Positions 11,830 to 26,658 are shown, counted from the stretch's first letter. The stretch is 64,000 bases of DNA from Gordius albopunctatus (GCA_964276515.1 OZ193909.1:7564001-7628000); one strand, 5' to 3'. The notes: generated by a model from the sequence alone, not told the origin. Made by a program: numbers and translations.

Positions 11830-14800
11830 ACGTGGGGTACGTTTTCAGCAGCCTCTTCCATCTGAGTCGTGTGAATGCCATGCCAATTTCCATCTGTTTG
11901 ACGTCCATATCCTTTTCGACCAGTCGTTTCCAGGTGGCACGTGGTCTGCCCCTTCCTCTTCTTCCAGGCACGTCCATCTCCAGCGTTCGCGTTGGACATC
12001 GTCTTCTTCTCTTCGTAATACATGGTCGTACCACCGCAGTCGATTTTTTTCTTAAGAAGTCCTTCGTCGCTTGTATACCCATCTTTGTCATCAAGGATTC
12101 GTTCGTCATGCGATCCAGCTTGGTGTAGCCTAAGCTCCATCGCACCATTCTCATTTCCGTGACTTGCAAGAGTTTCTTCTCCGCGGTGGTTACAGCCCAT
12201 GTTTCGCTCCCGTAAAGCAAGACCGGTCGCACGGTGGTTTTGTACGTCTTGCTTTTCAACCAAATTGGTATCTTTTTGTCACACATGACACCGGAGATGC
12301 TGCGCCACTTGAGCCATGCTTTCTTGATCCGAGAATGGACTTCGGCGGTACATCCTCCCTCTTGATGTAATAGCGAGCCAAGATATGTGAACTTATCAAC
12401 CTCCGTGTACCTTGGACCGTCATTTTTGTGCATTTGCGGACTACCGCCCATCGTTTGCATGTAAACCGTTTTCTTCTCGCTGACCTTTAACCCGAATTCC
12501 GAAAAACGTTCTGACCATTTTTTCGCCTGATGAAAAACCCCTTCTCTTGTTTCATCGCATAGGACAATATCGTAGGCATATAGCATAGTCCAAGGGGCTG
12601 GCTTGTGCAAGTCCTTTGTTATTGTATCCATAATTAGATTAAACAAGAATGGGCTTAAAGCTGATCCTTGATGTAGTCCGATCATTATTCGCAAGGGTTT
12701 TGTTACTCCTACGGTAGTCCTAACAGATGCAACCGCGCCATTATACATTTCCTTGATAAGTCGAACATATCCTTCGGGTATATTTCTGGCTCTAAGGGAC
12801 CACCATATTAAGTCTCTCGGAACCGTATCGTAGGCCTTTTCTAAATCGATAAAGACCATGTGTAAGTTATTTCTTATGCCGCCATATTTTTCCATCGTCT
12901 GCTTCAACGCAAAGATTGGGTCCATCGTTGATTTACCGGCCACAAATCCAAACTGATTGGGCGAGAGACAAACTTTGTCATTGAGCCTTTTCACTAGCAC
13001 CCTTTCTAGTAGTTTTAGTGAGTGGCAGGTCAACTTGATACCTCTAAAGTTGCCACTCCTGCGCGTCTCCTTTACCTTTGTATATGGGTATGATCGTACT
13101 TTCCCCCCATTGGTCAGGGATACGACTCTCATACAGCATATCGTTAAATAGGCCTGTCATTATGTCGATTCCTTCTCCTTTGCACCCAAGCCAAGCTTCG
13201 ATAGGTAGATCATCGGGATCTAGCGCTTTCCCTTTCCGCATCTTCGTTAGTTGCGCTCCTACTTCATAAGCCTGCAATGGTAAAACCAAGTTCGAGTTCG
13301 GTTCCACCCTCTCTAGCGGTCTTCTATGATTCGTTTTGTTCATCATATTTTGGAAATAATCTTTCCATATTTTGATGACTTCCTTCGGTTTGCACAACGT
13401 TCGTCCCTCTTCGCTTTTGATGACTTTAAGTATCCCGACATCTCGACTTTTTTTCTCCCTGATCTTTGCGAGTTTATACATGACTATGTCGCCGTCCTTG
13501 GTATCGAGCTTGTTTGCCATCTCAGTGAAAGCCTCGTTCTTCGCTATCGCGACCGCTATCTTAGCTTTGCGTTTCGCTTCACGATATGCCTCGTAGTCTT
13601 CTCCTTTCTTCGTTTTGTACCATCGTAGGTAGTACCTACTAGGTACGACGCCTTCTTTTCTTCTATAACTTCTTTGACCGAGTCATTCCACCACCATAGT
13701 TCACCCTTTTGAGCTCTGCCGCCCTTAGTTCGTCCCAATATTTGAAAGGCCGTTTCCTTTAGAACATTTGCAACGGTGCCCCACCTTTTGTTAATGTCGC
13801 CCTCCAAGCCTGCAACCTTCAAGAGCGGAGTTGCTCGAGCGTGAAACATTTCATTTGCACGATCATCCTTAAGCTTTTCGTACTTTTTCCTTGGTGTGTA
13901 GACTTTTCTCCTTACGGGAAAAATCTTTCTTGCTATTTCGAGGACAACTGGCCGATGTTGTTTAGCGATTTCTTCCCCCAGTATAACCTTGCAATCTGTA
14001 ACTTGCCAGATATTTTTGCTCTTTACTAATATGTAGTCGACCTGTATAAGGTAATCCCCACTACTGTACGTCGCTAAATGTTCGGTACGCTTCTGAAAGA
14101 AGGTATTCACAATGGCCATATCGTAAGCTTGCGCCATCTGTAGTAACTTCTCTCTCTCTTTATTTTTCACCCCATAGCCATGCCCGCCGTGATTTTGTTC
14201 GTACACGCCTCTTTATTTCCCAACGTGCCCATTAAAGTCTACTCCGATGATGAGATTATCGTCAGGCTTCACGTAGCGTATTTCTTTTTCGAGCTTCTCA
14301 TAGAATTCGTCCTTCTCATTTTCGAAACATCCAACCTGGGGCGAATACGCACAAATAACATTGACAAGGCCGCCTTGATCCGCCAGCTTTATGCACATCA
14401 ATCTATCTGAGCATCGTTTGACTTCGACTACCTTGTCCTAAAAGGAATCGCTAAGCACTATACCGACCCCGTTCTTCCGTGATGGGGAACCCGAGTAGTA
14501 TAGCTTGTAACCATCTCCTAGCTCCCTGGCTTTTGTTCCATGCCACCGCATTTCTTGTAGACACTCTATGTGTATCCTTCGACTTTTTAGCATCTGCGCA
14601 ACCTCGATGCTCTTCCCCGTCAGCGTGCCCACATTCCAGCTAGCCACTCTTGACCGTTCGACAACTAGGTTCCTTAACCGCCTTCGTTGTGAGTGAGGCG
14701 GTGTCCCTTGTATACTTTTCACATTGCACGGGCGGATGATACAATGCGCGTCGTTTGGGGAGGACGCCCTAGCATTCTGGTATAAGTTCGTATTTGAAGC

Positions 14801-14888
14801 TGCCATGGTGTTTGGAGTTGCTTTTTACAGCCGGCTTCCGACCTGACGCCAACCCTCCACTTTTTTCACACGGACTTGGGACCGTCGT
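11830..14888 (-). mobile_element. RTE-clade non-LTR retrotransposon, near full length, degenerate
   Basis: APE endonuclease motifs (RVASWNVGTL, CLQE, DFNGHVG, QVDYIL) then RT (QFGF, FIDLEKAYD, GLHQGSALSP, YAYD in place of YADD), split by stops and frameshifts into ORFs 14438-14806, 14213-14401, 13556-14206, 13044-13520 and 11777-13132. The 3' tail is missing. Confidence 0.93.
14849..14888 (-). ncRNA. Twister ribozyme core (5'-truncated) at RTE 5' end
   Basis: Minus strand ACG-ACGG-TCCCAAGT-CCGT-GTGAAAAAAGTG-GAGGG-TTGG matches the twister P4/L4/P2'/GAGGG core. The P1 and P2 5' strands are absent. Confidence 0.75.
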
Positions 14889-15061
14889 TAATTATATGTT
14901 TCTTAATTTTTTTATGCTGTTGACATGATCGAGAATGTCATTATTAATATTATCCTTTCTGTGTGCGTTTTGTTCCCTAATCTCTTCTCTTCCACTGCCG
15001 GCCCCATATCTAATTAAGCATAGAAGAAAGTGGGGGAGATGGAGAGGGAGTAGGTGAAGCG

Positions 15062-18000
15062 TGTAGAGAGGTAATTGAAGTGCGATGTGCCTCGGGCAAT
15101 AAATAAATTACAGAATGGTAAAATGTTAGTGGTAATGCCTCGAATGAGAATTAAATTACCGTTAATTGGTTTTAGCGTATATTGTCGTTCTGTATATACG
15201 CTTATCATTCTTACTATTTTTATATCCCGTCGTAACGTGTTTTGAATAATATTCCCGGCTTAACAGTGGCGGCGTCAAGTAAAAACCTACGCGGCGATGC
15301 AAAAGTATAAGATAAATAATAACATCGAGGCTTTTTACCACAATTTGAGCTAATCTCAAGGATCGGGAATAAGTCTGAGACAAACGAGAAAAAAGCGGCT
15401 TTACTATTTACCAGCCTCGATAGGGTATGGGACCGCCTCAGAGAGCTGGCGTTAATGGCCGAGACGATAAATGGAGGGGAAAGGGATAACCTTGCAGGAC
15501 ATGTCCGAAGAGGGGGGGGAGCGTAGTGGAGAGACAAAAAGCATGGCCTGGGCCGGTCCGGATTCCCAGGTTAAACCATGCTTTAGATGTTTTAATAGTA
15601 GATATATATATTAATAACGAGTTGTTCCAATTTATCTTCTTAACCGGCGCTACGTTGTCGATAATACCGGCGCGAAGATGGGCGAAGAAGATCTCACGCA
15701 ACAAAGACAGCCACGAGGAAATAAAGATCTTAGGTAAGGTGCAAGCGGATGTCCGAATGGGTAACTCGAGGAAACAGCTGCAGTTATTGTTAGCAGACGT
15801 AGCTGGACCACCGTTGTGCGGGATCGATTGGATCCAAGAATTCGAGCCCGAAATTTGACGAAGAGTAAGTTGGAACTCGAGAGCAGCGGCTGAAAGTTTT
15901 GATCAATTACGTGGAAAGACCGAAAGATATCAAGTCAACAATCCAGCACGTTATGAAGCAATGGGATGGCCAGCTAAAAGAATTCTCAAAAGCAGCCAAG
16001 GTAAAAAGAGTGGAAGTACCGTTAAAAGAGGGCACGAAGGGTACCGATGCTTATAGAAAGAAGTGGAACAAGAACTGAATAAATGGGTCAGAGACGGGGT
16101 AATAGAACCAATCGATTTCGCAAGATGGGCTAGTCCAGTGGTACTCGTAAAGAAAAGCGATGGGAGTCTACGATTATGCATCGATTACCGGTTTACGATA
16201 AATAAATACGCACAAGATTTTTTGTACCCCTTATACAAAATCAATGATTTGTTAAATAAACTCGATAACTCCTGTTGTTTCTGGACCTAACTAAAGCTTA
16301 CCTACAGCTAGAGTTAGGTCCAGTGAGTGCCAACGATGGACGACCTACACGCACAAAGACTTATTTAAAGTTAACCGTATGCTTTTTGGCTTAAATTGTG
16401 CCGTGGCTATTTTCCAAAAACCAATTGATCAAATATTAAGAGGCATGGGGGGAGTAGCGGTATACATCGAAGATATACTAATTGCAGGGGAAACTGAATA
16501 AGTCCTAAACGAGCGGCTACTCAAGGTAGTAGAAACATTACAAAAGTGGGGGTTCGTGCCAAACATATTCAAGAGCATCTTGTGGGCTAAGGAAGTAACA
16601 TTTTAGGGATACTTAATAAGTAACAACCTATGTAGTCTTTGGAGTACGGCTCCTCTTAACTTAGCAGGAATTAATATTTTGTAAAATATTATGTTTTTTG
16701 TTTCGTGTAACTTTAGCATGTGTTTTTCGTAGAGGCGTGTTAACCCATAAGTGACCATTGTGTTTCGTTTACTATCCACTCTTTTAACTGACTTAGCCCT
16801 GGATCGTCCCAAGATGTGTTGTCTCACCACGTCCAATGATATAAATGGATTTGTAAAGTCCTCTGGAATTTCCTCGCTAACCTGATACGCGTTTTCGTTC
16901 GGTTTTCTAGACAAGAGATCTGCCGAGTTTTCGGATCCCTTGTTGTACTCAAACTTGGTTGTGTAGCCTGATACCATGAGCGCCCACCTAGTTAGACGTG
17001 GTGACCATTGTTCCTTACCCTTTTTGCTCTGATCAAATATATAAACTAGCGGTATATAATCTGTCATAATAGTCACGCGTCGTCCTTGTATATATTCATT
17101 GAACTTTTTTAGTCCATACACCACCAAAAGCACCTCTCGTTCGATCGTCGAATACCGGCTTTCGCTATCGTTTAACGCTCATGAAGCATAGGCCACCACT
17201 CTCCAATTCTCCCCTGGTGCTCATTGCTGTGAGATGGCCCTTAACCCTGTACCAGAGGCGTCTACGACCAGGCCCGTCTCCTAATCTCCATTAAAGTATG
17301 CCAGTACAGCGGCTTTCGTAAGCGCGGACTTGATGGCTTCCAATGCGCCTTGTTGTTCTTCATTCCAGTGGTACATCACGTTTTATTCGTGAATTTTTTA
17401 AATAGAGTGCACGATTTTGGCGTAGTTTTTAATGAACTTTGAAAAATATGATGTTAACCCAAGAAACGATTTTATTTCATTTTTGTTTGTTATGTTTTTC
17501 TATCTACGCCAAAATCGTGCACCCTATTCATAAATTCATGGAAAAAAACGTGATGTACCACTGGGGTGGGAACAACAAGTTGATTTTGACGCTATCAAGT
17601 CTGCGCTTACGAAGGCCCCCGTGCTAGCATACTTTAATGGAGATTTGGAGACAGCTCTGGCCGTAGACGCCTCGTGTACAGGATTATGGGCTATCGTACA
17701 GCAAAGAGCAGCAGGAAAGAAGTGGAAAGTGATCTTCCTATGCTTCAAGAGCGTTAAACGATAGTGAAAGCCGATATTCAATCAAATGGGAGGCGCTGGC
17801 GGTGGTCTATGGGCTAAAAAAGTTCAATTAATATTTACAAGGACAAAGCGTTACTATTATGACGGATCATAGACCGCTGGTGTATATATTTTACCAAAGC
17901 AAAAGGGGCAAGGAACAATAGTCACCAAGTCTAACTAGGTGGGCGCTCATGGTATCAGGTTACACGACCGAGTTTGAATACAAGAAGGGATCCGAAAACG

Positions 18001-19328
18001 CGGCAGATTTCTTGTCCAGAAAACCAAACGAACACGCGTATCATGTTAGCGAGGAAATTCCAGAAGACTTTACAAATCCATTTATATCATTGGACGTGGT
18101 GAGACAACACATCTTGGACGATCCAGGGCCACGTCAGTTAAAAGAGTGGATAGTAAACGAAACACAATGGTCACTTATGGACTAAAACGCTTCTACGAAA
18201 AACACCTGTTAAAGTTACATGAAGCAAAAAACATAATATCTTACAAAATATTGATTCCGGCTAAGTTAAGAGGAGCCGTACTCCAAAGACTACATAGGGG
18301 CCAAGTGGGTATCAACCGAATGCAAGAAGTGGCGTAGCAGTATGTATGGTGGCTTAATCTTGACGATGACTTATTGAGCGTAACAAAAGGGTGCCGAAAT
18401 TGCAATTACACTGCCGCGACGGCAAAGAAGGCACCGTTGATTGAGTGTCAACCTAGCCATAGACCGTGGGTTAAAGTACATATGGATATCATGTGCCCTC
18501 TCAGGGGTAAGTCATAACTGGTTATGGTGGACAATACCTCGAAATGTAGAGATGTTTAAATTAGAAGACACCACATCGACCGCCATTATAAAAAAACGTG
18601 TCTTACAAGATGAGATGGATTAATCAGCGATGGACATTCCCTTACCATCTGCGCAGCCGAGGTGATACTAAAATGGCGTATGAAACCGTGCCACATCAAT
18701 GGTTAGGGACCGGAAACCCGCGTATGTTCAACGTAGGAGATATCGTTTGGGTATGCATGTTTTTGGGACCAAGCAAATGGACAGAAGGCACTATAAAAGT
18801 CAAGCTCGGTAGTCGTTCCTACGATGTGTGGGCACAGGGAAAAAAGCACCACCGACACGTGGATCAAGTAAGGAAACGGAAAATCTCGGATTGGACCACA
18901 CTGGAACAAGAGAACGAGTGGCCGCAAAGGATATCATCAGAAGGGGAAGCGGTAACAAGTGCTACAAGGGAACAAATTCAAAACCGGGGAACAAGTGCCA
19001 CAAGGGAGAAATTTAAAACCAGTCACGGAACGCCTAGAGAAGAACCTAGATACCCGCAGCGTAGTCGGAAACCGCCAGCCTTTCTTAAGGATTTTGTCTG
19101 TGAAAGGGGGGAACTGTAGAGAGGTAATTGGAATGCGAAGTGTCTCTGATCTGACGATAAGAAAATTACCGAATGGTAAAATGTCACTGGTAATGCCTCG
19201 AGTGACAATTAAATTACCGTTGATTTGTTTTAGCGTATATTGTCTTTCTGCATATACGATTATTATTCTTACTACTTTTATATCTCTTCCTAACGTGTTA
19301 TGAATAATATTCCCGAAGGTAGTAAACA
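15062..19328 (+). mobile_element. Old, rearranged Gypsy LTR retrotransposon
   Basis: LTRs 15062-15265 and 19115-19328 (TG...CA, roughly 80-85% identical by eye), PBS-like TGGCGGCG at 15267 and PPT GAAAGGGGGGAAC before the 3' LTR. Decayed protease, RT (WASPVVLVKKSDGSLRLCIDYR), RNase H and integrase fragments. Internal inverted segment at ~16627-17500. Confidence 0.85.
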
Positions 19329-19464
19329 CACCACATAAATACTCTGTACTCCGTTTTCTATGACAAAGTGAGAGAAATTTTAATGAGAAGGCGTTCTTAT
19401 GAACACATATCTATTTAAATATAAAAGTGATATAAAAAATAACTTAGCTTCGTAGGTTCATCAA

Positions 19465-20067
19465 TCTATATATATAAAGTAAAGTGTATGTATGTGTGTG
19501 GATAAGGGCTGAATTCTGAAACTACCGGCCCGATTCACGCAAATATTTAGCTGTAGATGCCCAGGGCGGCCAGGGGTAAAATAGTTTTTTCAGATTCCTA
19601 AAATTCCTTTTAGTTTTAAAAATATTTTCCCGGCCAGTTTCATTCAATAGCATCATATACAATGATGACGTCATACATACAAGGTTGAAGTTTTCTCGAA
19701 TTAGATATTTAAAAGTATAATAAAAATCTTACAGTATTCGGTCAAAATTATTAGGGTTTAACAAACTATTTAATTTAAATAAATAAAATATTGGTTATAA
19801 ACACTTTTTTCACTCAACTGTGCATGTTATCGCTAAACATCGCTACCTAATAAGTATTTAAAACTGTTATAAATCTATTTAATTAATAATAAATATGCTT
19901 TTTTTATTAAGTTAATATTTATTTGCAAAATATAAAAAAATATTTTTCCACTTCACAAACTCTCTTTCAGCTGACCCAAATTCTTTCATATATTTCCTAT
20001 TGCTAGGTACCAATTATTTAGCCAAATAAGTACTAAGCCAAAGCAACGCTTGACCGGGCACAGCTAG
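19465..20067 (+). mobile_element. Non-autonomous Helitron
   Basis: A|TC start, subterminal GC-rich palindrome-like segment and CTAG|T end. Its 3' part recurs inverted at 45235-45460. Confidence 0.75.
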
Positions 20068-23000
20068 TGATCTATAAAATTATATGACTATCAATAAAAT
20101 TAAATAAAAATATACAGCAAGAAGTTAGCTTTAAAAGCGTTAAAAAACCATTTTCATTTAACTAATAATTTTAAGGTGTTGAAACAATAATTAAAACATA
20201 TTCCTCAGAGTGAATTTCTTTATTATAATAAATTGTCAGATTAAGGGATATTTTTTCTTATAGACCTGAGTAAACCCAGATATCATTAAATATAAAAATG
20301 GTTTTAAAAAATTAATGACAAGAGTTCAATGTCACCCCATCATTACACGTGTCATCAATTGGCCAATGTTATACTAGTCTTATTTTATTTTTAAACAATT
20401 TCTAATAGTTAAAAATAAATAATAAACCTAATTTAAAAACTCAAGCCTTAATTTATAATTCCAAAAGCTAGGCATTTTGCCAAAAAAAACATTACTTCTA
20501 CGCTCTAAATATAAGCAACAGTTGGCGACTAAAATTTCTACTAATTCCATTTTAAATCAAAGATTGTTATTAAAAATTTTTTATTTATATTTATAAATTA
20601 TAGCCCTCTTAAAATTTTAATGTGTACATTGGTTTCGATCGGAGTACTTATTTGTATTTTAAAAATAATATTAGTGAAAGAGTTGAGAACGGTTTACTAA
20701 TATTCGGGAGTTCTTTGTGCCAGACAATGCGCTAGGTTTAAAAATTTGTTAGCATTATTTTTTCGATATTAATACTTCATTAAATCTTTATAAACGTTCT
20801 TCAAAACTTTATTTTAACACCCAATCCCGCAAACATTTTTATATATGTTTATTCAGTTCAGTGATATATAAGATTATGAATAATCTGCTTAAAATACTGC
20901 AATTATAATATATATTAATATATAAAGAGCGTTTTCTAAGTAATGTGTGTTTATCTTTCTGTGTTAAAAAAGGCCTGCTTCAAAAATCTTAATTAAATTT
21001 TGCAATTAATACTGTGATTTATGTTTTTATAAAAATGTGAAAGAAATTTTAGAAAAGATATGGGGGTATTGTCTGCCGATTTCTTAAAAACACGACCATA
21101 CGCCCCAGCTCATTCTGATTGAAATAAACGAAACATAAATTTAGACTCCTTAATAATCCATTTACCAATTCTAACCTAGGGGAGACGGGGCTAAAATGCG
21201 CATTTTAAACGCGATTTGAAAAACCTTTGTTGGGTTATGTTTTTAAGGTTTATTTTTACTATAGAAAAAAAAACAATTAATACAAAAAAAACGTTCGGGG
21301 ATCAAGAAGGTAGTGCCATTTACGATTGTTGATAGGAATACACTACCGCCAAATAAGCATCCAATTCGAATTAATGAGGGAGGTTTTGTTAATATATATG
21401 GAATAATTTCCTGGCTGTGGTTGAAAGTGTGTTTTAATTAAATTTAAAAGCAGGCCAATTTTTTTATTACATATTTGAACCCCCCCCCCCCCCCACATAG
21501 AAAAAAGATTTCTGTATCATTTTTTGACGCCGTTATATTAAAATTTAAGCATAGACTCGAAGATCAGAGCCTACAACTACTATAGGTCAGATTAAGCCGT
21601 CGATTTGAAAAATGATCGAGCGTGCGCCAAAAAATGGGAGTTTACCATTTGAGGGTCAAATTCATGATGATGTTTGTGAGAGTGCTGAACAAAGTCCAGA
21701 GCTATAAGGGATATTATACTACAATAAGGTGCCCTGCTCGCAAGCCGTCAAGCCCTAGCCCTGTAGAAGCTGTACTTTTATGGTGAAAATGTTGGCTGCT
21801 AGATCCAGTGGATTGCGTAAAAAATGGGTATTGCTCATTAGATTGTGACGATTAATAAGTTATGTGAATATTTTCTGTTAACAGACATTTTGATTCAGGG
21901 GTGGCCACAGGGCTAGAAGGTTTGCATTAAGAATCTACAACAGGTTGTTTTTAGGAGGTCGCCATGCCCGTACCTGTTAAGAAAATATCAGACCCGTTCG
22001 AGGCCATCCATAATTTGTTTGGTAATAGGCCCGCCCGTATCCGTTTGATAAACTATTAAGCCCGTGCGAGCCCGCTAATAGATTGGTTCGTAGGCCCGGC
22101 CCATTTAAAAATCAGAATTTTATGCAACTTATATATTTTAATTTTTATTTAGATGTCCTATATCGGTGGACTTTTTTAAGGCTTTTACTATATTTCAAAT
22201 CTTGATCCGTGAAACATTTTATTATAATAATTTCTTGACCAAGAACTCCAAATGTTGTAATTTGATCAAAATTCCACCTTGATTTATATATAAAAAAATG
22301 TGGGGTTGTAAAAGGCTTTTTTAAAGGTTATTTTTAATAAATTGAAATGAATGCTAAGCGTTACAGATCTTAAAGTTGCACACACAGTCCTTTCTAAATG
22401 TAATTTTTATTCTGGAAATTGTCAAAAGTCAACCAAGATGCAATAAACCTCTAAAATACTAATTTTAATTGCTATGAAATTTATGGGCTCGCTTTAAGTT
22501 GCCCTTTTCGTCGGGTCCTGTCCGTCCAGATTTAATTGATATGGAAACTTATGCTTCTGTAAAGACTTTTTTGCTTTCGCATAAAGACTAGCTAATGACC
22601 ACTGGTTGGCTTTAACTTTTCCGACTTCGCCCCAACCCCAATTCCATTTTAATTTTTGCGCCCCAACGCTCCCTTCCTCTTTATAGCAAATATGCTACGT
22701 GTTCTTTAAGTCTTCAATACCATACCTCTATTCTTTTTATCTTAATATGCATAATGTCCCTATAGTTTATCATTAGCTAGCTTTTTATATAATTTTTCAA
22801 TTTCATTACAAATCTCTTTAACTGTTATTAGTTAGTTTTAAAGGGTAATTTATAAAGTTATACAAATGTTTAGTCGTCAACTAGGAAATGAAATAATATT
22901 GAGCAAATTAATTTATAAAAGACGAAATGCAAAATGAATGAATGTTAGGGGTAAGAATGTTTCCTTAATAGTGCATTGATTAAGTAAATACCATTTCAAT

Positions 23001-23577
23001 TTTCATATATTGATTAAGGCCACCTAAATAATATATATTTTGTTTTAAATGTTTAAAATCTCTTAATAGATGATAAAATAAATAAACGAGGTGTTCTCTT
23101 ATTGATTTACACCTAAAGTCAAAATTTTAATTAGATACCCTAATTGGATAGCTATATTTGTTTAATTTATAAGCATCAAATAATTGAATTGGAGAAAACC
23201 TAGATAGCATTATAATAATTTTAAAGGTTTAGGTCCATAAATATCTCCACGCTGACAACATATGATAAGGTTAAGCATGTGTAGAGGCTACGAATTTAAT
23301 CGCACGCTACTTTCCCTTGACCCCGTCTAGGCAAATTATTATTCACGCACCCTAATAATAGCTCCTCGCTTATACTTTATCATCGCCTGACTTATTCAAA
23401 TTATTATTCACGCACCCTAATCATAAAAGTGAATACATTTAAGTATTTGAATGTCTCGCAATTCACCTTATTATACACACAAATAACCTCGCAGAGATGT
23501 GTATATAAACGCGATGTTATTAAATAAAAGTATTCATTTATTTTTCCCTTAAAACTTAACATTTGGTGACCCCTAAA

Positions 23578-24375
23578 ATGTCCACCCAACCATCTGATAT
23601 GGAGGTTAAAAGCGAAAATGCCACATATTTTAAACTGCCACAGTTTAACAATATAAATACCCGCTCATGGTTCACTCAAATAGAGGCTCTTTTCTTTGTT
23701 AGAAAGATAAAAAGCGAAACTACCAAGGCTGGGTACTTAATAGAAGCCTTGCCACTGGAAATAACTGTCGAAATTCAAGACATACTACAAAATATGCCCG
23801 ACATTTTACCCTATACAACCATTAAAGCCGCCATCATAGACCGCACAAGCCAATCCGATTCTGCTAGACTTCGTGCTCTTCTCACAACTGTGGAATTAGG
23901 AGATCGTACCCCATCCCAGCTTCTGCGCTTCATGAAAAATCTTCTGGGAACGAATTCCATGGATGAACGAGTTCTTAAAGAACTTTGGATAGAAAAACTT
24001 CCAAAAAACATGATCGGTATTTTGGCAATTGTTTCTGACGAGCAGCCCCTCTCCAAATTAGCCGAAACGGCAGACAAAATTGTAGAGACCTACCACACCT
24101 CCACATGTTCTAGTGTAAATGTAGTCACGGAAAATGAATCGACTCGGCTTAGGGAGATGATTGCAAAACTCACCCAGGAGGTACAAAATTTAAAAGTCTC
24201 AATCAATAGGCCACGTGATCGTTCCAACTCGAGACGCCGCAACCCCTCTACCGTTCGCCACCCTAGCTCGCATGTTCAACCAAATCTCGTTTGTTGGTAC
24301 CATTACCGCTTTAAAGACAAGGCGCTCAAATGCGTGCAACCTTGCGCATTTAACCTCCCCGCAACAAACGAATAG
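23578..24375 (+). CDS. gag: Gag (copy A)
   Basis: [25 protein letters not shown] and [18 protein letters not shown] (C-x2-H-x9-C-x3-C). First ATG is at 23578. Confidence 0.9.
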   Translation: MSTQPSDMEVKSENATYFKLPQFNNINTRSWFTQIEALFFVRKIKSETTKAGYLIEALPLEITVEIQDILQNMPDILPYTTIKAAIIDRTSQSDSARLRALLTTVELGDRTPSQLLRFMKNLLGTNSMDERVLKELWIEKLPKNMIGILAIVSDEQPLSKLAETADKIVETYHTSTCSSVNVVTENESTRLREMIAKLTQEVQNLKVSINRPRDRSNSRRRNPSTVRHPSSHVQPNLVCWYHYRFKDKALKCVQPCAFNLPATNE

Positions 24376-24386
24376 ACCACCCAGGG

Positions 24387-26658
24387 ATGGCGACGCCTGG
24401 ACTTGGTCTAAAACTTAGTCGCTTATTTTACATTTTCGACAAATCCACGGGTCTACGATTCCTCATTGACACAGGCGCAGAGATTTCCATTATTCCGCCT
24501 TCCCGAGACCATCCCTTGACCCCTTCCTATGTGCAACTCCAGGCCGCCAATTCTACCCCTATAAAAACATATGGCCAAAAGCTTTTCACTTTGGACCTCG
24601 GCCTACGCAAAGAATTTAGATGGATTTTTACAATTGCAGACGTTAAACAGCCAATAATCGGAGCCGATTTTCTTAATCACTACCATCTGGTAGTTGATAT
24701 AAAAAAGAAGCAGCTCTTCGATACCCAAACGACATTAACATCTGCAGGTAAGGCTACACTCGCGACGTCAATCAACATACAAGTTGGGATAATTGGCACC
24801 TCTCCCATCAAATCACTACTTCAGAAGTATGCCTCCATAGTGTCCCCTTCTGATTATAAGGCTCAAGTAACTCACAGCACTCAACACCACATCCACACCA
24901 ACGGCCCTCCGGTTCACTCAAAACCAAGGAGACTTTTCCCGGACAAGCTTAAGATTGCCCGAGACGAATTTACTCACATGCTCGAACTTGGTATAATCCG
25001 TCCCTCTAACAGTGACTGGTCCTCACCCCTGCACATGGTACCCAAGAAGGCCGCGGGAGATTGGAGACCTTGTGGCGACTATCGCATGCTCAACAGTCGT
25101 ACAATTCCCGATCGTTATCCCCTTCCACACCTCCATGACTTTGCGCTGACCCTTTGCAATAAAACGGTATTCTCAAAGATCGATTTAGTCAGGGCTTACC
25201 ACCAAATTCCAATGGCCCCAGAGGATATTTCTAAAACCGCCATCACAACCCCGTTCGGTCTTTTTGAATTTCTTCGCATGCCATTTGGCCTTCGCAACGC
25301 TGCTCAGACGTTTCAACGCTTTATGGACCAAGTTTTTAGAGAACTTGACTTTGTTTTTGTTTACCTTGACGACGTTCTCATCGCGAGTTCTTCCATTAAC
25401 GAACACCACAATCATATTAGACTGGTTTTTGAAAGACTCGACTTTCGGTATTAAAATCAGTCAGGATAAATGCGTATGGTGCCAAAACGAAATTTTTTTT
25501 TTGGGACACAAAATCACCCCTCAAGGTTTGTCACCCCTTCAGGACAAGGTGGAAGCAATCCTCAATTTCCCACAGCCTACCTCGATGACTCAGTTGAGAC
25601 GCTTCTTAGGGATGATTAATTTTTATAGACGTTTTATTCCAATGTGTGCCGAATTACTCAAACCTCTCACCGATATGCTCGACGGTTCAAAGAAGACAAT
25701 ATCCTGCACCCCGGAAGCTTCGACTGCTTTTAACAATGCCAAACTCGCTTTAAGCAATGTCGTGCCTCTTTATCATCTTCAAAAAGACCGTTTCACACGA
25801 TGGCCTGTCGCCATGCCGATCCATGACACCTCAGCCCAAACGGTTGCAAAAGCTCTGATCAAGTATTGGATAGCTGACCTCGGAGTACCATCAAGCCTCA
25901 CAACAGATAGAGGTCCCCAGTTTGAGTCCCAATTATTTCGGAATCTCACGCAACTTCTTGGTGTAAATCACATCACAACCACTGCCTATCACCCACAAGC
26001 TAATGGCATGATTGAGAGATTTCATCGACAGCTGAAAAGTTCCTTGATGGCACAAGGTGACACAACCAAATGGGATGAGCTCTTACCATTAATTTTGCTT
26101 GGCATTCGAACCACCATCAAGGAAGACTTAGGTTGCACTCCAGCCGAATTAGTTTATGGCACTACACTTAGACTTCCCGGCGAATTTTTCACGAACTCAA
26201 GTACACCTCACAACACCTCCGAATTTATTAAAGGCCTAAAACAACATTTTTACCATTTGCCTTTTAAAAAGGTCAGGACACAATCGACAAATGCGGATAC
26301 AACTTCACTTCTTAGGGAATGTAAATACGTTTTTATCCGTAATGATTTCGTTCGAAAAAGTTTGGTGCCACCATATGACGGACCGTTCAGAGTAAAGTCC
26401 AAACATGCTAAATATTTCATTATTGAAAAAAACGGAAAAGCTGACTCAATTTCGATCGAGCGACTGAAACCTGCATATTTAGATACTTCAACTCAGACGT
26501 TTACGGATACCGAAAATTCAAATCCATCCAAATCTAGGCCTACCGACAAAATCGCTGAACCAGCTAACTCCGACCCAGACCTAACAAAATCAAAAGAAAA
26601 CCCATACATCACATCGAGAGGAAGGCACGTGCATTGGCGCTATAAACTACTACACTAA
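24387..26658 (+). pseudogene. pol: Pol (copy A), frameshifted, RNase H and N-terminal integrase deleted
   Basis: LIDTGA protease and YLDD RT motifs; frameshift at ~25440; junction ..[11 protein letters not shown] at 25788. Confidence 0.9.
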
